Below are positions 56,094 to 64,000 of a DNA stretch of 64,000 nt, piece after piece. How positions within the stretch are numbered: the stretch's first letter is position 1; every line of letters starts with the position of its first letter. The notes beneath the pieces were generated by a model. It did not search any database and was not told the DNA's origin. It saw nothing but the letters and a program-made list of their open reading frames with translations. A program made the translations under genes and the position numbers. This DNA is from Gemmatimonadota bacterium. GTDB lineage: Bacteria; Latescibacterota; UBA2968; UBA8231. Location of the stretch: positions 11,438-75,437 of the forward strand of contig VXML01000020.1 of assembly GCA_009841115.1 (NCBI GenBank), read 5' to 3'.

Positions 56094-57689
56094 TCAAGGC
56101 TCGTACACGATCAGGAGCTGGTCGGCTGCGATGTCTTGCAAGTGCTGTACGGCGCCGCTGGGCCAGTGGATTTCCACCTCATCGACGCGGGTGTGGTCTC
56201 CCAGACCGAAAAAGGGGCGCATTGCGCTTTGGCACATGTAGCTCGACCCGGCGCGCACCACGTCCCAGCGCACCCAGTCGCCTGCGGCGACGCGGACCTC
56301 GGCCCCGATGGAGTTGCCGACCAACCGCAAGCTCAAATAGTGCTGGGCGTTGCCGCCGTCGTTGCGCAAGAGCGCGGCAGGCTGGTTGTTGTTGGCTACT
56401 GCGATGTCGAGGTCGCCGTCGTTGTCGTAATCGCCCATGGCCGCGCCGCGGCTCACTTGCTGCAACAGCAGGCCCGGCCCCACCTGATTGCTCACGTCGG
56501 CAAAGCGTCCTTCCTGATTGCGGAAGAGTTGGTTTTGCTGCGCGTATGTCACCGCGTCGAACAGGTGAATGTTGTCGTCGAGGTGGCCGTTAGCGACAAA
56601 CAAATCGCGGTCGCCGTCGTTGTCGTAGTCGATGAAGAGGGTGCCCCAGGCGAGGAACTGCAAGCTGGGGACCCCTAGCCCGGACTGAAAGGTCACGTCG
56701 GCAAAAAATCCGTTGCCGAGGTTGCGGTACAGGCTGTTGGTCTCCCACTGATAGTTAGTGACGAAGAAGTCGAACCGGCCATCGCCGTCGTAATCGCCCA
56801 CGTCAACCCCCATGCCAGCTAGCGGCTTGCCCGCGTCGTTGTAAGCCACTCCGGCCAAAGCGCCGATTTCGGCAAAGCGGCCGCCGTCATTGCGGTAGAG
56901 CAAGTTGGGGGTGCGGTCGCCAGCCGCGTACAGGTCGAGATCGCCGTCTGCGTCGTAGTCGATGAAAAAGGCCCCTAATTCCTTGGCGGCATCCGGCAGC
57001 AGTCCGGCTTCCTCAGTGACGTCGGCGAAGGTGGCGTCGCCTTCGTTGCGATAAAAGATGTCGCGTTGTGGCTCAAAGGCCTCTGGGCCGCAGTACACCG
57101 CAATCCCGGAGCGGAGGCAGGGCTCGTGTATCTCAGGGCGAAACTTGGCGTAATTGGCCACGAAGAAGTCCAAGTCGCCGTCTAAATCGTAGTCGGCAAA
57201 GGCCGCGCCCGTACTCATCGCTGGATTGACTAGGACTGGCCCGGCCACGCCGGCTTGGTCGGTTACATCGGCGAACTGGCTCGTGCCGTCGTTGCGGTAG
57301 AGGATATTGGGGCCGTACGCAGTGATGTACAAGTCCAAGTCGCCGTCTGAATCGTAGTCGGCTGCGGCACAACCCAGCCCGTAGCCCGAATTGGCCACGC
57401 CAGCTTGGTCGGTTGCATCGGTGAACTGACCGGCGCTCGCGTTGCGGTAGAGCGCACCCGGCCCGACGCTGTTGACGAAGTACAGGTCGAGCCACCCGTC
57501 GCCATCGTAGTCGAAAAAGGCCGTGCCCGAGCCCATGGTTTCCATTGGATACTTTTGCCCCTCGGCCCCGTTTTGATGGCGAAAGGCGATCCCCGCCTCG
57601 GCTGCTACTTCCACAAACTGTACCTCGGCGCGGCCCAGCGCGGCCCACAGGCACGCTAAAGCAGCTCCTAAGAGGGCGCGCCGCGTCAC
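56094..57689 (-). CDS. CRTAC1/ASPIC-UnbV family FG-GAP protein
   Basis: Signal peptide, ETMGSG, DYD.DGD.D repeats, GSSY..Q, FGLG, WPSG. Confidence 0.92.
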   Translation of the reverse strand: MTRRALLGAALACLWAALGRAEVQFVEVAAEAGIAFRHQNGAEGQKYPMETMGSGTAFFDYDGDGWLDLYFVNSVGPGALYRNASAGQFTDATDQAGVANSGYGLGCAAADYDSDGDLDLYITAYGPNILYRNDGTSQFADVTDQAGVAGPVLVNPAMSTGAAFADYDLDGDLDFFVANYAKFRPEIHEPCLRSGIAVYCGPEAFEPQRDIFYRNEGDATFADVTEEAGLLPDAAKELGAFFIDYDADGDLDLYAAGDRTPNLLYRNDGGRFAEIGALAGVAYNDAGKPLAGMGVDVGDYDGDGRFDFFVTNYQWETNSLYRNLGNGFFADVTFQSGLGVPSLQFLAWGTLFIDYDNDGDRDLFVANGHLDDNIHLFDAVTYAQQNQLFRNQEGRFADVSNQVGPGLLLQQVSRGAAMGDYDNDGDLDIAVANNNQPAALLRNDGGNAQHYLSLRLVGNSIGAEVRVAAGDWVRWDVVRAGSSYMCQSAMRPFFGLGDHTRVDEVEIHWPSGAVQHLQDIAADQLLIVYEP

Positions 57690-57868
57690 GCGCGATCGGA
57701 GTCAGCGGCGGCTTCGCTGGCCCCGCGGCCGGCGGCCATGTTGCGGATCATCTTGACCACGTCGCCAAAGGCCTTGTAAGCGACGGCGATGACAATGCCG
57801 TAAAAGAGGACGCTAGCGGCGATAAAGACGAATTGCCATAGGGCTTTCCAAGTTTCGACGTCCATCAC
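57686..57868 (-). CDS. Small single-TM protein coupled to the symporter
   Basis: 60 aa, one hydrophobic helix, fills the gap between two co-oriented genes. Confidence 0.6.
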   Translation of the reverse strand: MMDVETWKALWQFVFIAASVLFYGIVIAVAYKAFGDVVKMIRNMAAGRGASEAAADSDRA

Positions 57869-57869
57869 A

Positions 57870-59411
57870 CTACTCCATGTTGCTAAAGTCTAAGGGGCGC
57901 GGCGGGTGCGAGCGCTGGGTGAGCGAGGCCACGACCAGCATGGCGAGGCCGCCCAAGGCTAGGCTGGTAATTCCGACGAGGTTGGAGTTTTCGACCAACG
58001 GCAGCATAAACTCGGGCACCAAGTGCTGATTTTCGGTCATAATCAGAAAATTGAGCGGCACCAGCGCGCCCAGTATCAGCGCGCAGTACGCACCTGGGGT
58101 ATTGGCCTTTTTCCAATACAGCCCCAAGGCCACGGTGCCGACGCAGCCAGCGAAGTAGATGGTGCCGGTGACATACATAAAGCGGAAGGCCGTCTCGGGA
58201 AGCTGGTAGAGCGCGCCGAAAATGGCCAAGAAGGCGGCGAGGATGACGACGATGGCTCGGGTCCAGTAGATCTCGCGCTCGCTCGACAGCCCGCCCCAAG
58301 TGCCGTCGGCTTCGCGTTCGCCGCTCGACTTGGCGAGCATGGCTTTGATCGGTGATACCACGTCGCGGACGATGACGCCGCTCCAAGCCAGCAGGTAGCT
58401 ATCGTGGGTGGACATGAAGGCCGCGAACATCCCGGCCATGAGCAGACCAGCGATGCCGATGGGCAGGATTTTGCCGAGCATTTCGGGCATGGCGTAGTGA
58501 GGGTCGAGTTCGGGATTGCCAAAATAGGCCAGCGCCGCAATGCCCCAAAACATCGGCACCATCGCCCGCCCCATGACTGTGGCCGCGGCGATCCAGAACA
58601 CGCGGCGGGCCACCTTGGGACTTTCGGCACTCAGCGGCCGCATCATTTCGGGTTGCCAGACCACGCCGACCAAGCCGACGCAGAATAAAAACAAGATCAT
58701 TGAGATGCCGTAGCCGGGGTTAGCTATGGGGTCAAAGCCGACGTCTCCTTTGTGGACTTGCACGGCTTGGACGAGGTTGTCCCAGCCGAGTTGCGGATGA
58801 TTGAGAATGATGTACGTGCCAAAGAAAAACCCCAGCGACAGCAGCACGAACTGCGCGAAGTCCGTCAGCACCACCGAGACCATGCCGCCCATCAGCGTGT
58901 AGAAGACGACGATGAGCAACATGCCGATCATGACGTAGTTGACGTATTCCTTGTCGAGGCCGGTGAAGCCGACGACGAACTTGCTGCCGAGGATGGGAAA
59001 AAGTCCCATGTTGAGGGTGCCGGCGAGGGTGAGGATGATGCCGCCGAGCAGGCGCACGCCGCGCGTGTACTTGAGTTCGTAGAACTCGGGCACGGTCATC
59101 ACCTGCAAATGGCGCAGGCGGCTGACAATGAAGCCCGTGCGGCCGATGATCAGGGTGGTGATCAGCGCCATGAGGCCAAAGACGAAGGGCACGAAGCCGT
59201 ATTTAAAGCCCTCCTCGGCCATGTACATGACTGTGACCAGCCCGAGGCCGGTTGAGACCATTGTGGCAACGGCCATGTGGGTTTTGAGGCCGCGACCGGC
59301 GACGAGGAAATCGGAGATGCCTTTGATGGCACCTCGCGCCAACGTCCCGGCGACGATGGTTCCGCCGACATAGACGAGGACGATGGCGTAATCAATCCAA
59401 CTCAGATTCAT
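57870..59411 (-). CDS. Sodium:solute symporter family protein
   Basis: DFLVAGR, T.PEF.E..Y, YT..GGM.SV..TD, AAFMST, GLYWK. Confidence 0.93.
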   Translation of the reverse strand: MNLSWIDYAIVLVYVGGTIVAGTLARGAIKGISDFLVAGRGLKTHMAVATMVSTGLGLVTVMYMAEEGFKYGFVPFVFGLMALITTLIIGRTGFIVSRLRHLQVMTVPEFYELKYTRGVRLLGGIILTLAGTLNMGLFPILGSKFVVGFTGLDKEYVNYVMIGMLLIVVFYTLMGGMVSVVLTDFAQFVLLSLGFFFGTYIILNHPQLGWDNLVQAVQVHKGDVGFDPIANPGYGISMILFLFCVGLVGVVWQPEMMRPLSAESPKVARRVFWIAAATVMGRAMVPMFWGIAALAYFGNPELDPHYAMPEMLGKILPIGIAGLLMAGMFAAFMSTHDSYLLAWSGVIVRDVVSPIKAMLAKSSGEREADGTWGGLSSEREIYWTRAIVVILAAFLAIFGALYQLPETAFRFMYVTGTIYFAGCVGTVALGLYWKKANTPGAYCALILGALVPLNFLIMTENQHLVPEFMLPLVENSNLVGITSLALGGLAMLVVASLTQRSHPPRPLDFSNME

Positions 59412-59497
59412 GTGTACTCCTGTGTTCCCAGTGGTGGAAAAGCGCGAACAGCTTGCCAATTTAACATTTTAGCAAGGACATGTCACCTCGTGGGCGA

Positions 59498-59526
59498 TTG
59501 ACCCCCCAAGGGGCGGTTTATATACT
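59498..59526 (+). promoter_or_regulatory. Sigma70-type promoter
   Basis: TTGACC-17 nt-TATACT. Confidence 0.55.
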
Positions 59527-59570
59527 TGCGCCGCGCTGTACTGCGTAAACATCAACTACTACGAGGGAAT

Positions 59571-59993
59571 ATGTTGCTACGACTTATGCGTCTGTCGCTG
59601 CTGTTGACCGCGGCCCTGTGGTGGGGCGGTTGCGGGGGCGATGACTCGACGGTGGGGCCGGACGGCGAAGGTACTCTCACAGAAGCTACCCTAACACAAG
59701 TCCGCGAAGTCTTCGCGGTTAATTGCACCTTTTCAGGCTGTCACAGTGGTGGAGAGCCCGCGGCCGATTTGTCGCTGGAGGGCGACTTTGCCTCTCGCAT
59801 CGTCGGCGTCGATAGTGGCCAGCGGCCCGATTTCAAACTGGTCGATCCGGGCAATCCCAATAAGTCCTATCTGCTGATAAAGGTGCGCGGCGACGACGAA
59901 ATCGTCAGTCAGCAAATGCCGCCGGGCAATCCGTTACCCGCCGAGCAGGTGGAGATAATTCGCGCGTGGATCGCCAGCGGGGCAAAAGAGTAA
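59571..59993 (+). CDS. Lipoprotein cytochrome c with atypical CX4CH heme motif
   Basis: WGGC lipobox; CTFSGCH; PG.P..SYL..K, MPP, I.AWI..GA. Confidence 0.75.
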   Translation: MLLRLMRLSLLLTAALWWGGCGGDDSTVGPDGEGTLTEATLTQVREVFAVNCTFSGCHSGGEPAADLSLEGDFASRIVGVDSGQRPDFKLVDPGNPNKSYLLIKVRGDDEIVSQQMPPGNPLPAEQVEIIRAWIASGAKE

Positions 59994-61042
59994 TGCCGGT
60001 CTTTTCTCCAGCGTCCTTGACCGAAACCACTGCCTCCATTTTTGCCGCGGCTGGGATGCGTGTTGACGAGGCGCGCGTGGTTGCTGAATTGCTCGTCGAG
60101 GCCAATCTCGTCGGCCACGACTCGCACGGCGTCATCCGCATCCCCCAGTACTTGGGCCAAGTCGAAGCCGGTGACATCGTGCCAGATGCCGCTGTCGAAG
60201 TCGTGCACGAGGCTCCGACGCTCGCCGTGCTCGATGCGCATTGGGGCTTTGGGCAGGTGGTGATGAGTCGCGGCGTGGATATGGCTCTGGAGAAGGCGCG
60301 GGCTACGGGCATGGCCGCTATCTCCGTCCGCCAAGCCAATCACGTCGGCCGTCTCGGCAGCTACGTGGAGCGCATTGCCGAAGAGACAGCTATTGCCCTG
60401 ATGTTCGTCAACGGTGCGCCGGTTTGTCGCATGGCTCCGTGGGGTGGGCGCGAAGCCCGGCACGGTACCAATCCAATTGCCATGGGGTTTCCGTCGCGTA
60501 GCGGTCCGCCGGTTGTCCTCGATATGACTACGTCGGCTGTGGCTGAGGGCAAGGTGCGAGTGCAGCGCAATCGCGGGGCCGAGGTGCCCGACGGCTGGCT
60601 GCTCGACGCCGAGGGCCAGCCGACCAACGATCCCAACACCTTGTACGCCGATCCGCCCGGCACCATCCTGCCCTTGGGCGGCAGCCTCGGGCACAAGGGC
60701 TATGGCCTCAACGTGGGAGTCGAACTGTTGGCCGGTGCGTTGGCTGGGGCCGGCTGCATAGGCCAGGATCGACGCTTCCGCAACGGGGCATTGCTGTTGG
60801 TGCTCGACATAGAAAAGCTGGTGGGATTAGATGACTATTTCGCCGAGGCCGATACATACATCGAGTTTGTTAAGTCTGCGGCTACTGCGCCGGGAGTCGA
60901 GGCGATCTTGATGCCTGGGGATAGCGAGCGGGCGATGGCAGAGAAGCGGAAGGTGGAGGGAATCTTCGTGGAGGATGAGACGTGGGCGCAGATTGTGGCG
61001 AGTGCGGCGACGGTGGGGGTTGAGGTGAGTGATGAGGGGTGA
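59993..61042 (+). CDS. Ldh_2 family (malate/L-lactate/sulfolactate-type) oxidoreductase
   Basis: ANL.GHDSHG, NH.GR, GTNP, LDM.TS, HKGYGL. Confidence 0.92.
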   Translation: MPVFSPASLTETTASIFAAAGMRVDEARVVAELLVEANLVGHDSHGVIRIPQYLGQVEAGDIVPDAAVEVVHEAPTLAVLDAHWGFGQVVMSRGVDMALEKARATGMAAISVRQANHVGRLGSYVERIAEETAIALMFVNGAPVCRMAPWGGREARHGTNPIAMGFPSRSGPPVVLDMTTSAVAEGKVRVQRNRGAEVPDGWLLDAEGQPTNDPNTLYADPPGTILPLGGSLGHKGYGLNVGVELLAGALAGAGCIGQDRRFRNGALLLVLDIEKLVGLDDYFAEADTYIEFVKSAATAPGVEAILMPGDSERAMAEKRKVEGIFVEDETWAQIVASAATVGVEVSDEG

Positions 61043-61081
61043 GAGGGCTCGCGGCGACTAATTATATTATTATTATTGCTT

Positions 61082-62449
61082 CTACCTGAGTTGGTCCAGC
61101 AGGCGGCCCAGTTGTCCCACCAAGTAAAGCGGCAGCGAGAGCAAGGTCATTTCCACGCTTTGCCGCGTTCCGCTCACTTGGTGCCGGATGGACTGGACGG
61201 TGGGCGGATTGAGGTCGAAGCGCACCGCGAGGTGCGTCTTTTTGACCAAGGCGAACTGATGCAGCGAGCGCAGGGTGCCGCTAGTGCCGGCTTTGACTTC
61301 GACCGGCACGATCTGAGCACCTCGGGCAATCGCATAGTCAACTTCGGCGTTGGCACTTTTGCCTTCCCGCAGCCAGTAGTTCAGACGGGGCGTTTCCCGA
61401 CCCTCTTCCAAGTAGAGTAGGTGTTGCCCGACGAACTGTTCGGCCAAGGCTCCTTCATTGATCAGGCGGCGGTCGTCCAAGTCCTGCAGAGCCAGCCAGT
61501 CTAGGCCGCACAGACGATTCATCAGGCCGATGTCCAAAAAGAGGAGTTTATAGGTCTTCCAATCAACCTCGGCGTGGAGGGGCACCCCGGAACAGGTGCT
61601 GTGGAAGACGGGTGCAATGACCCGGGCCTTGAACAGCAAGTCAATGGCGACCCGCAGTTCGCGGGCGGTCTCCTCGCGGTCGATCTGGGTGTATTTGACT
61701 TTGCGGCCCACGGCGCGGGGAACGTAGTTGAAGACTCGCTGCAAGCGCAGCCGGACTCGGGCAGAGGCGTACTTGGCAAAATCGTCTTGGTAGGTATCGA
61801 CGATGGACTGATGAACGGGCATCATGTCGGCAAAGTGGCGGGTGGCGCTATATGCGGCTACGGCTTCGGGCATACCACCCACCAGCAAGTATTCCCGCTG
61901 ATAGGCCGACAAGCGGGTGTGGACGGTATGGGGCAGGGGATGCTCGGGGGTGTAGTCTTGCAGATAGGCCAAGAGGGGCGGATCCAGTTCGGCGAGAAAT
62001 TCTTCAAAGCTCATCGGGCCTAGATGGAAGTATTGAATGCGCCCTACCGGCATGGTAAAGGCGTGCTGCGAGAGGACGAATTCGAGTAGGGAGCCAGCGG
62101 TGATAACCGGCAACTCGGGGTGGTCTTCGAAGAAATAGCGCAGGGCAGGTAGGGCATGGGGGGTCGCTTGGATTTCGTCGAGGAAGAGTAGGCTGCCCGG
62201 TGCCAGCAGCGGTTGATCCAGCAGCCCTTCGAGTTCCCGGCGGATGTGCGTCAGGTCCAAGGTCTGGAAGACGGCATCCAAGTCTGGGTGGCGCTCGAGG
62301 TTGATTTCGTTGAGGTGCAGGTGATGGGACTGGGCGAATTGCCGCACTAGGGTGGATTTGCCCACTTGGCGAGCGCCGCGGATGACCAGCGGTTTTCGCT
62401 GTGGAGTGGCCAACCATTGGGCCAAAGCGCGTTCAGCCGATCTATACAT
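61082..62449 (-). CDS. AAA_14 ATPase with DUF4143-type C-terminal PD-(D/E)xK-like domain
   Basis: GARQVGKS, LFLDEIQ, GSLL, VGGMPE, EVDY...PVEVKAG. Confidence 0.9.
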   Translation of the reverse strand: MYRSAERALAQWLATPQRKPLVIRGARQVGKSTLVRQFAQSHHLHLNEINLERHPDLDAVFQTLDLTHIRRELEGLLDQPLLAPGSLLFLDEIQATPHALPALRYFFEDHPELPVITAGSLLEFVLSQHAFTMPVGRIQYFHLGPMSFEEFLAELDPPLLAYLQDYTPEHPLPHTVHTRLSAYQREYLLVGGMPEAVAAYSATRHFADMMPVHQSIVDTYQDDFAKYASARVRLRLQRVFNYVPRAVGRKVKYTQIDREETARELRVAIDLLFKARVIAPVFHSTCSGVPLHAEVDWKTYKLLFLDIGLMNRLCGLDWLALQDLDDRRLINEGALAEQFVGQHLLYLEEGRETPRLNYWLREGKSANAEVDYAIARGAQIVPVEVKAGTSGTLRSLHQFALVKKTHLAVRFDLNPPTVQSIRHQVSGTRQSVEMTLLSLPLYLVGQLGRLLDQLR

Positions 62450-62457
62450 AATGAATA

Positions 62458-62506
62458 AAAATGCCCCCTTTTTCGTACGTATAATGTACAAAAAAGGGGG
62501 CATTTT
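62458..62506. repeat. Long inverted repeat (terminator and/or operator)
   Basis: AAAATGCCCCCTTTTT ... AAAAAGGGGGCATTTT, perfect 16-bp arms with inner GTAC/GTAC pairing. Confidence 0.8.
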
Positions 62507-62553
62507 ACAACAACCTAATGTTACGCACGAGCAACTTTATGGAAGGCCAAAGC

Positions 62554-64000
62554 CTAGAACACAATACTCGACACCGCTTTAGAAATCAGCGCCAGCGCGA
62601 TGGAAGACATGCCGACCAATCCCATCCCGCACGAATAGCCTGCTAGGAGTATCGGCGCGTACGCCCGCCAGCGCGCTTCGCCAAAGCGCTTCTGCAAGTG
62701 ATAGCGGCCCAGCAAGGCACCGATGAAGTTGGGCAGCAGAAAGTGCGGCCACGCGCCCACGCCGCCGATGAATCCGTAGAACAGGGCGACCGGCCAGCGC
62801 AAGAGTGATAGCGCGCCCAAAATCCCCGCGCTGCCCAGCGCGCCCGTGAGCACGTATTCCCAGCGAATGATGGACCTGATCAGTTCGTTGCCGCCCTCGG
62901 CAAGTGTTGACTTGGCCCAGAACGCCTGCATGGTGGCGTGGAAGGGCCAAAACTTCTGCACGTAGGGATAGGCCGACGAGGGGATCGGCCCGAGTTTCCA
63001 GATAAAAGACCAGAATATAAACGAGCAGACGAACATGATTAGCAAGGTCACGCCGGCCAGTTTGACGATGCTGCCGAAGTGAGTGCGGGTCAGTTCGAGT
63101 TGCTTGAAGGCCGCGGCTTCGTAGCCCCACTGGAAAAGCGGGATCGGCGCGAACCACACGGCCGCGCCCTGATAGCCCGACAGGTAAAAGGAGCCTTCGC
63201 GCAGATAGGGGAAGGACGCCCCTTGCGGCGATCCGGTCAGGCCGATCATGCGCGCGCCGATATACGAGTAGATCGGCGTCCACACAAAGCCGAAGAACGC
63301 GCTGATCCACCAGGGAAATTCCGGCACTAAATACCACACCAAGACCACGAAACCGAGCGTGCTTACCGCCCAGATGCCCAAGGCGAGGGGGATGGGGATG
63401 TCGCCGCGGCCTTCAGGTAGCCCTTGGTCGTCGCCCTCGCGCTTAACCCCGCGCAAAGTCCACAGGGTCTTGCCGACCATAGCAAACCCCATCAAGGCCA
63501 CGAGGACTGCGCCGCCAATGGAGAAGCTGAGCCAGAAGTCAAAGGAATTGGCGATCTGCGTTGGGATTGCCGACATGCCCGGCTCCCAAGTGTGCAACAC
63601 GTCGTACGCGTAGAGCACCGGGTTGATGAGGATGTTGACGAGAAAGGCCGCGGCAAAGGAGCCGACCACGATCCAAAAGGGCAGGACAAAGCCAACCATG
63701 ACGTGCCCGAGGTCCGTGCCAATGCCCATGATGCTGGCTGGCAGCATTTCCTTGAGGGAGACGGTCAGGTCGATAAACGGAATCGGCAGGATCGTCACGG
63801 TTTCGGTGAAGAAAATGCCCGAAATAGTGGGGATGACTACGTAGAACAGTCCCCAGATAATGCCGATAAAGGCCCCGATGCTGAAGACCTCCCAGCGCCA
63901 ACCTTGGCTCGGCCCCGAGCTCTCGGCGAGGGCCGTCGCGCCGCCGGCCTGCACCGCAGCCAGCGGGTACGGCAGACGCTCAATGTCGTTGGTGATGCGG
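62554..64000 (-). CDS. OPT-like peptide transporter, 5'-truncated by window edge
   Basis: D.ERLPYPLA.V.A.GA.ALAE, WR...FSIG, PIPS..YPY, many TM helices. Confidence 0.75.
   Translation of the reverse strand, partial: RITNDIERLPYPLAAVQAGGATALAESSGPSQGWRWEVFSIGAFIGIIWGLFYVVIPTISGIFFTETVTILPIPFIDLTVSLKEMLPASIMGIGTDLGHVMVGFVLPFWIVVGSFAAAFLVNILINPVLYAYDVLHTWEPGMSAIPTQIANSFDFWLSFSIGGAVLVALMGFAMVGKTLWTLRGVKREGDDQGLPEGRGDIPIPLALGIWAVSTLGFVVLVWYLVPEFPWWISAFFGFVWTPIYSYIGARMIGLTGSPQGASFPYLREGSFYLSGYQGAAVWFAPIPLFQWGYEAAAFKQLELTRTHFGSIVKLAGVTLLIMFVCSFIFWSFIWKLGPIPSSAYPYVQKFWPFHATMQAFWAKSTLAEGGNELIRSIIRWEYVLTGALGSAGILGALSLLRWPVALFYGFIGGVGAWPHFLLPNFIGALLGRYHLQKRFGEARWRAYAPILLAGYSCGMGLVGMSSIALALISKAVSSIVF

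Noticed and set aside
1-64000. rRNA, tRNA, CRISPR array, integrase or transposase
   Set aside because: None recognised by eye; tRNAscan-SE and Rfam were not run.

Overview
GC-rich bacterial chromosomal segment with about 50 protein-coding genes and no rRNA, tRNA or CRISPR array that I can see. The gene mix (three FG-GAP/ASPIC-UnbV proteins, FlgD-Ig-tailed secreted proteins, a C-terminal 'SWGxxK' motif, PhyH dioxygenases, a DUF6785-like transporter, many orphan sugar-type enzymes) suggests a Latescibacterota/Poribacteria-like heterotroph; this is inference only. Main observations: (1) a CRTAC1/ASPIC-UnbV gene split only by an in-frame TGA (32055-32057) followed by an fdhF-like SECIS hairpin with a GGTC loop, i.e. 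a candidate new selenoprotein; (2) a ~17.5 kb minus-strand envelope locus (37719-55183) encoding an inner-membrane transporter, three paralogous secreted proteins ending in FlgD-Ig...VAY, a Ca-binding outer-membrane-like protein, a separately promoted and terminated CBM9-like protein, a lipoprotein, a PPIase, a TPR protein and an MFS/spermidine-synthase fusion, which looks like an undescribed surface capture/uptake system; (3) an Mrr + HEPN defence cassette flanked by a 60-bp duplication of a host gene's 5' end; (4) a decaying three-gene cassette ending in an MBL-fold hydrolase, plus several toxin-antitoxin modules. Family calls come from motif recognition, not database searches.
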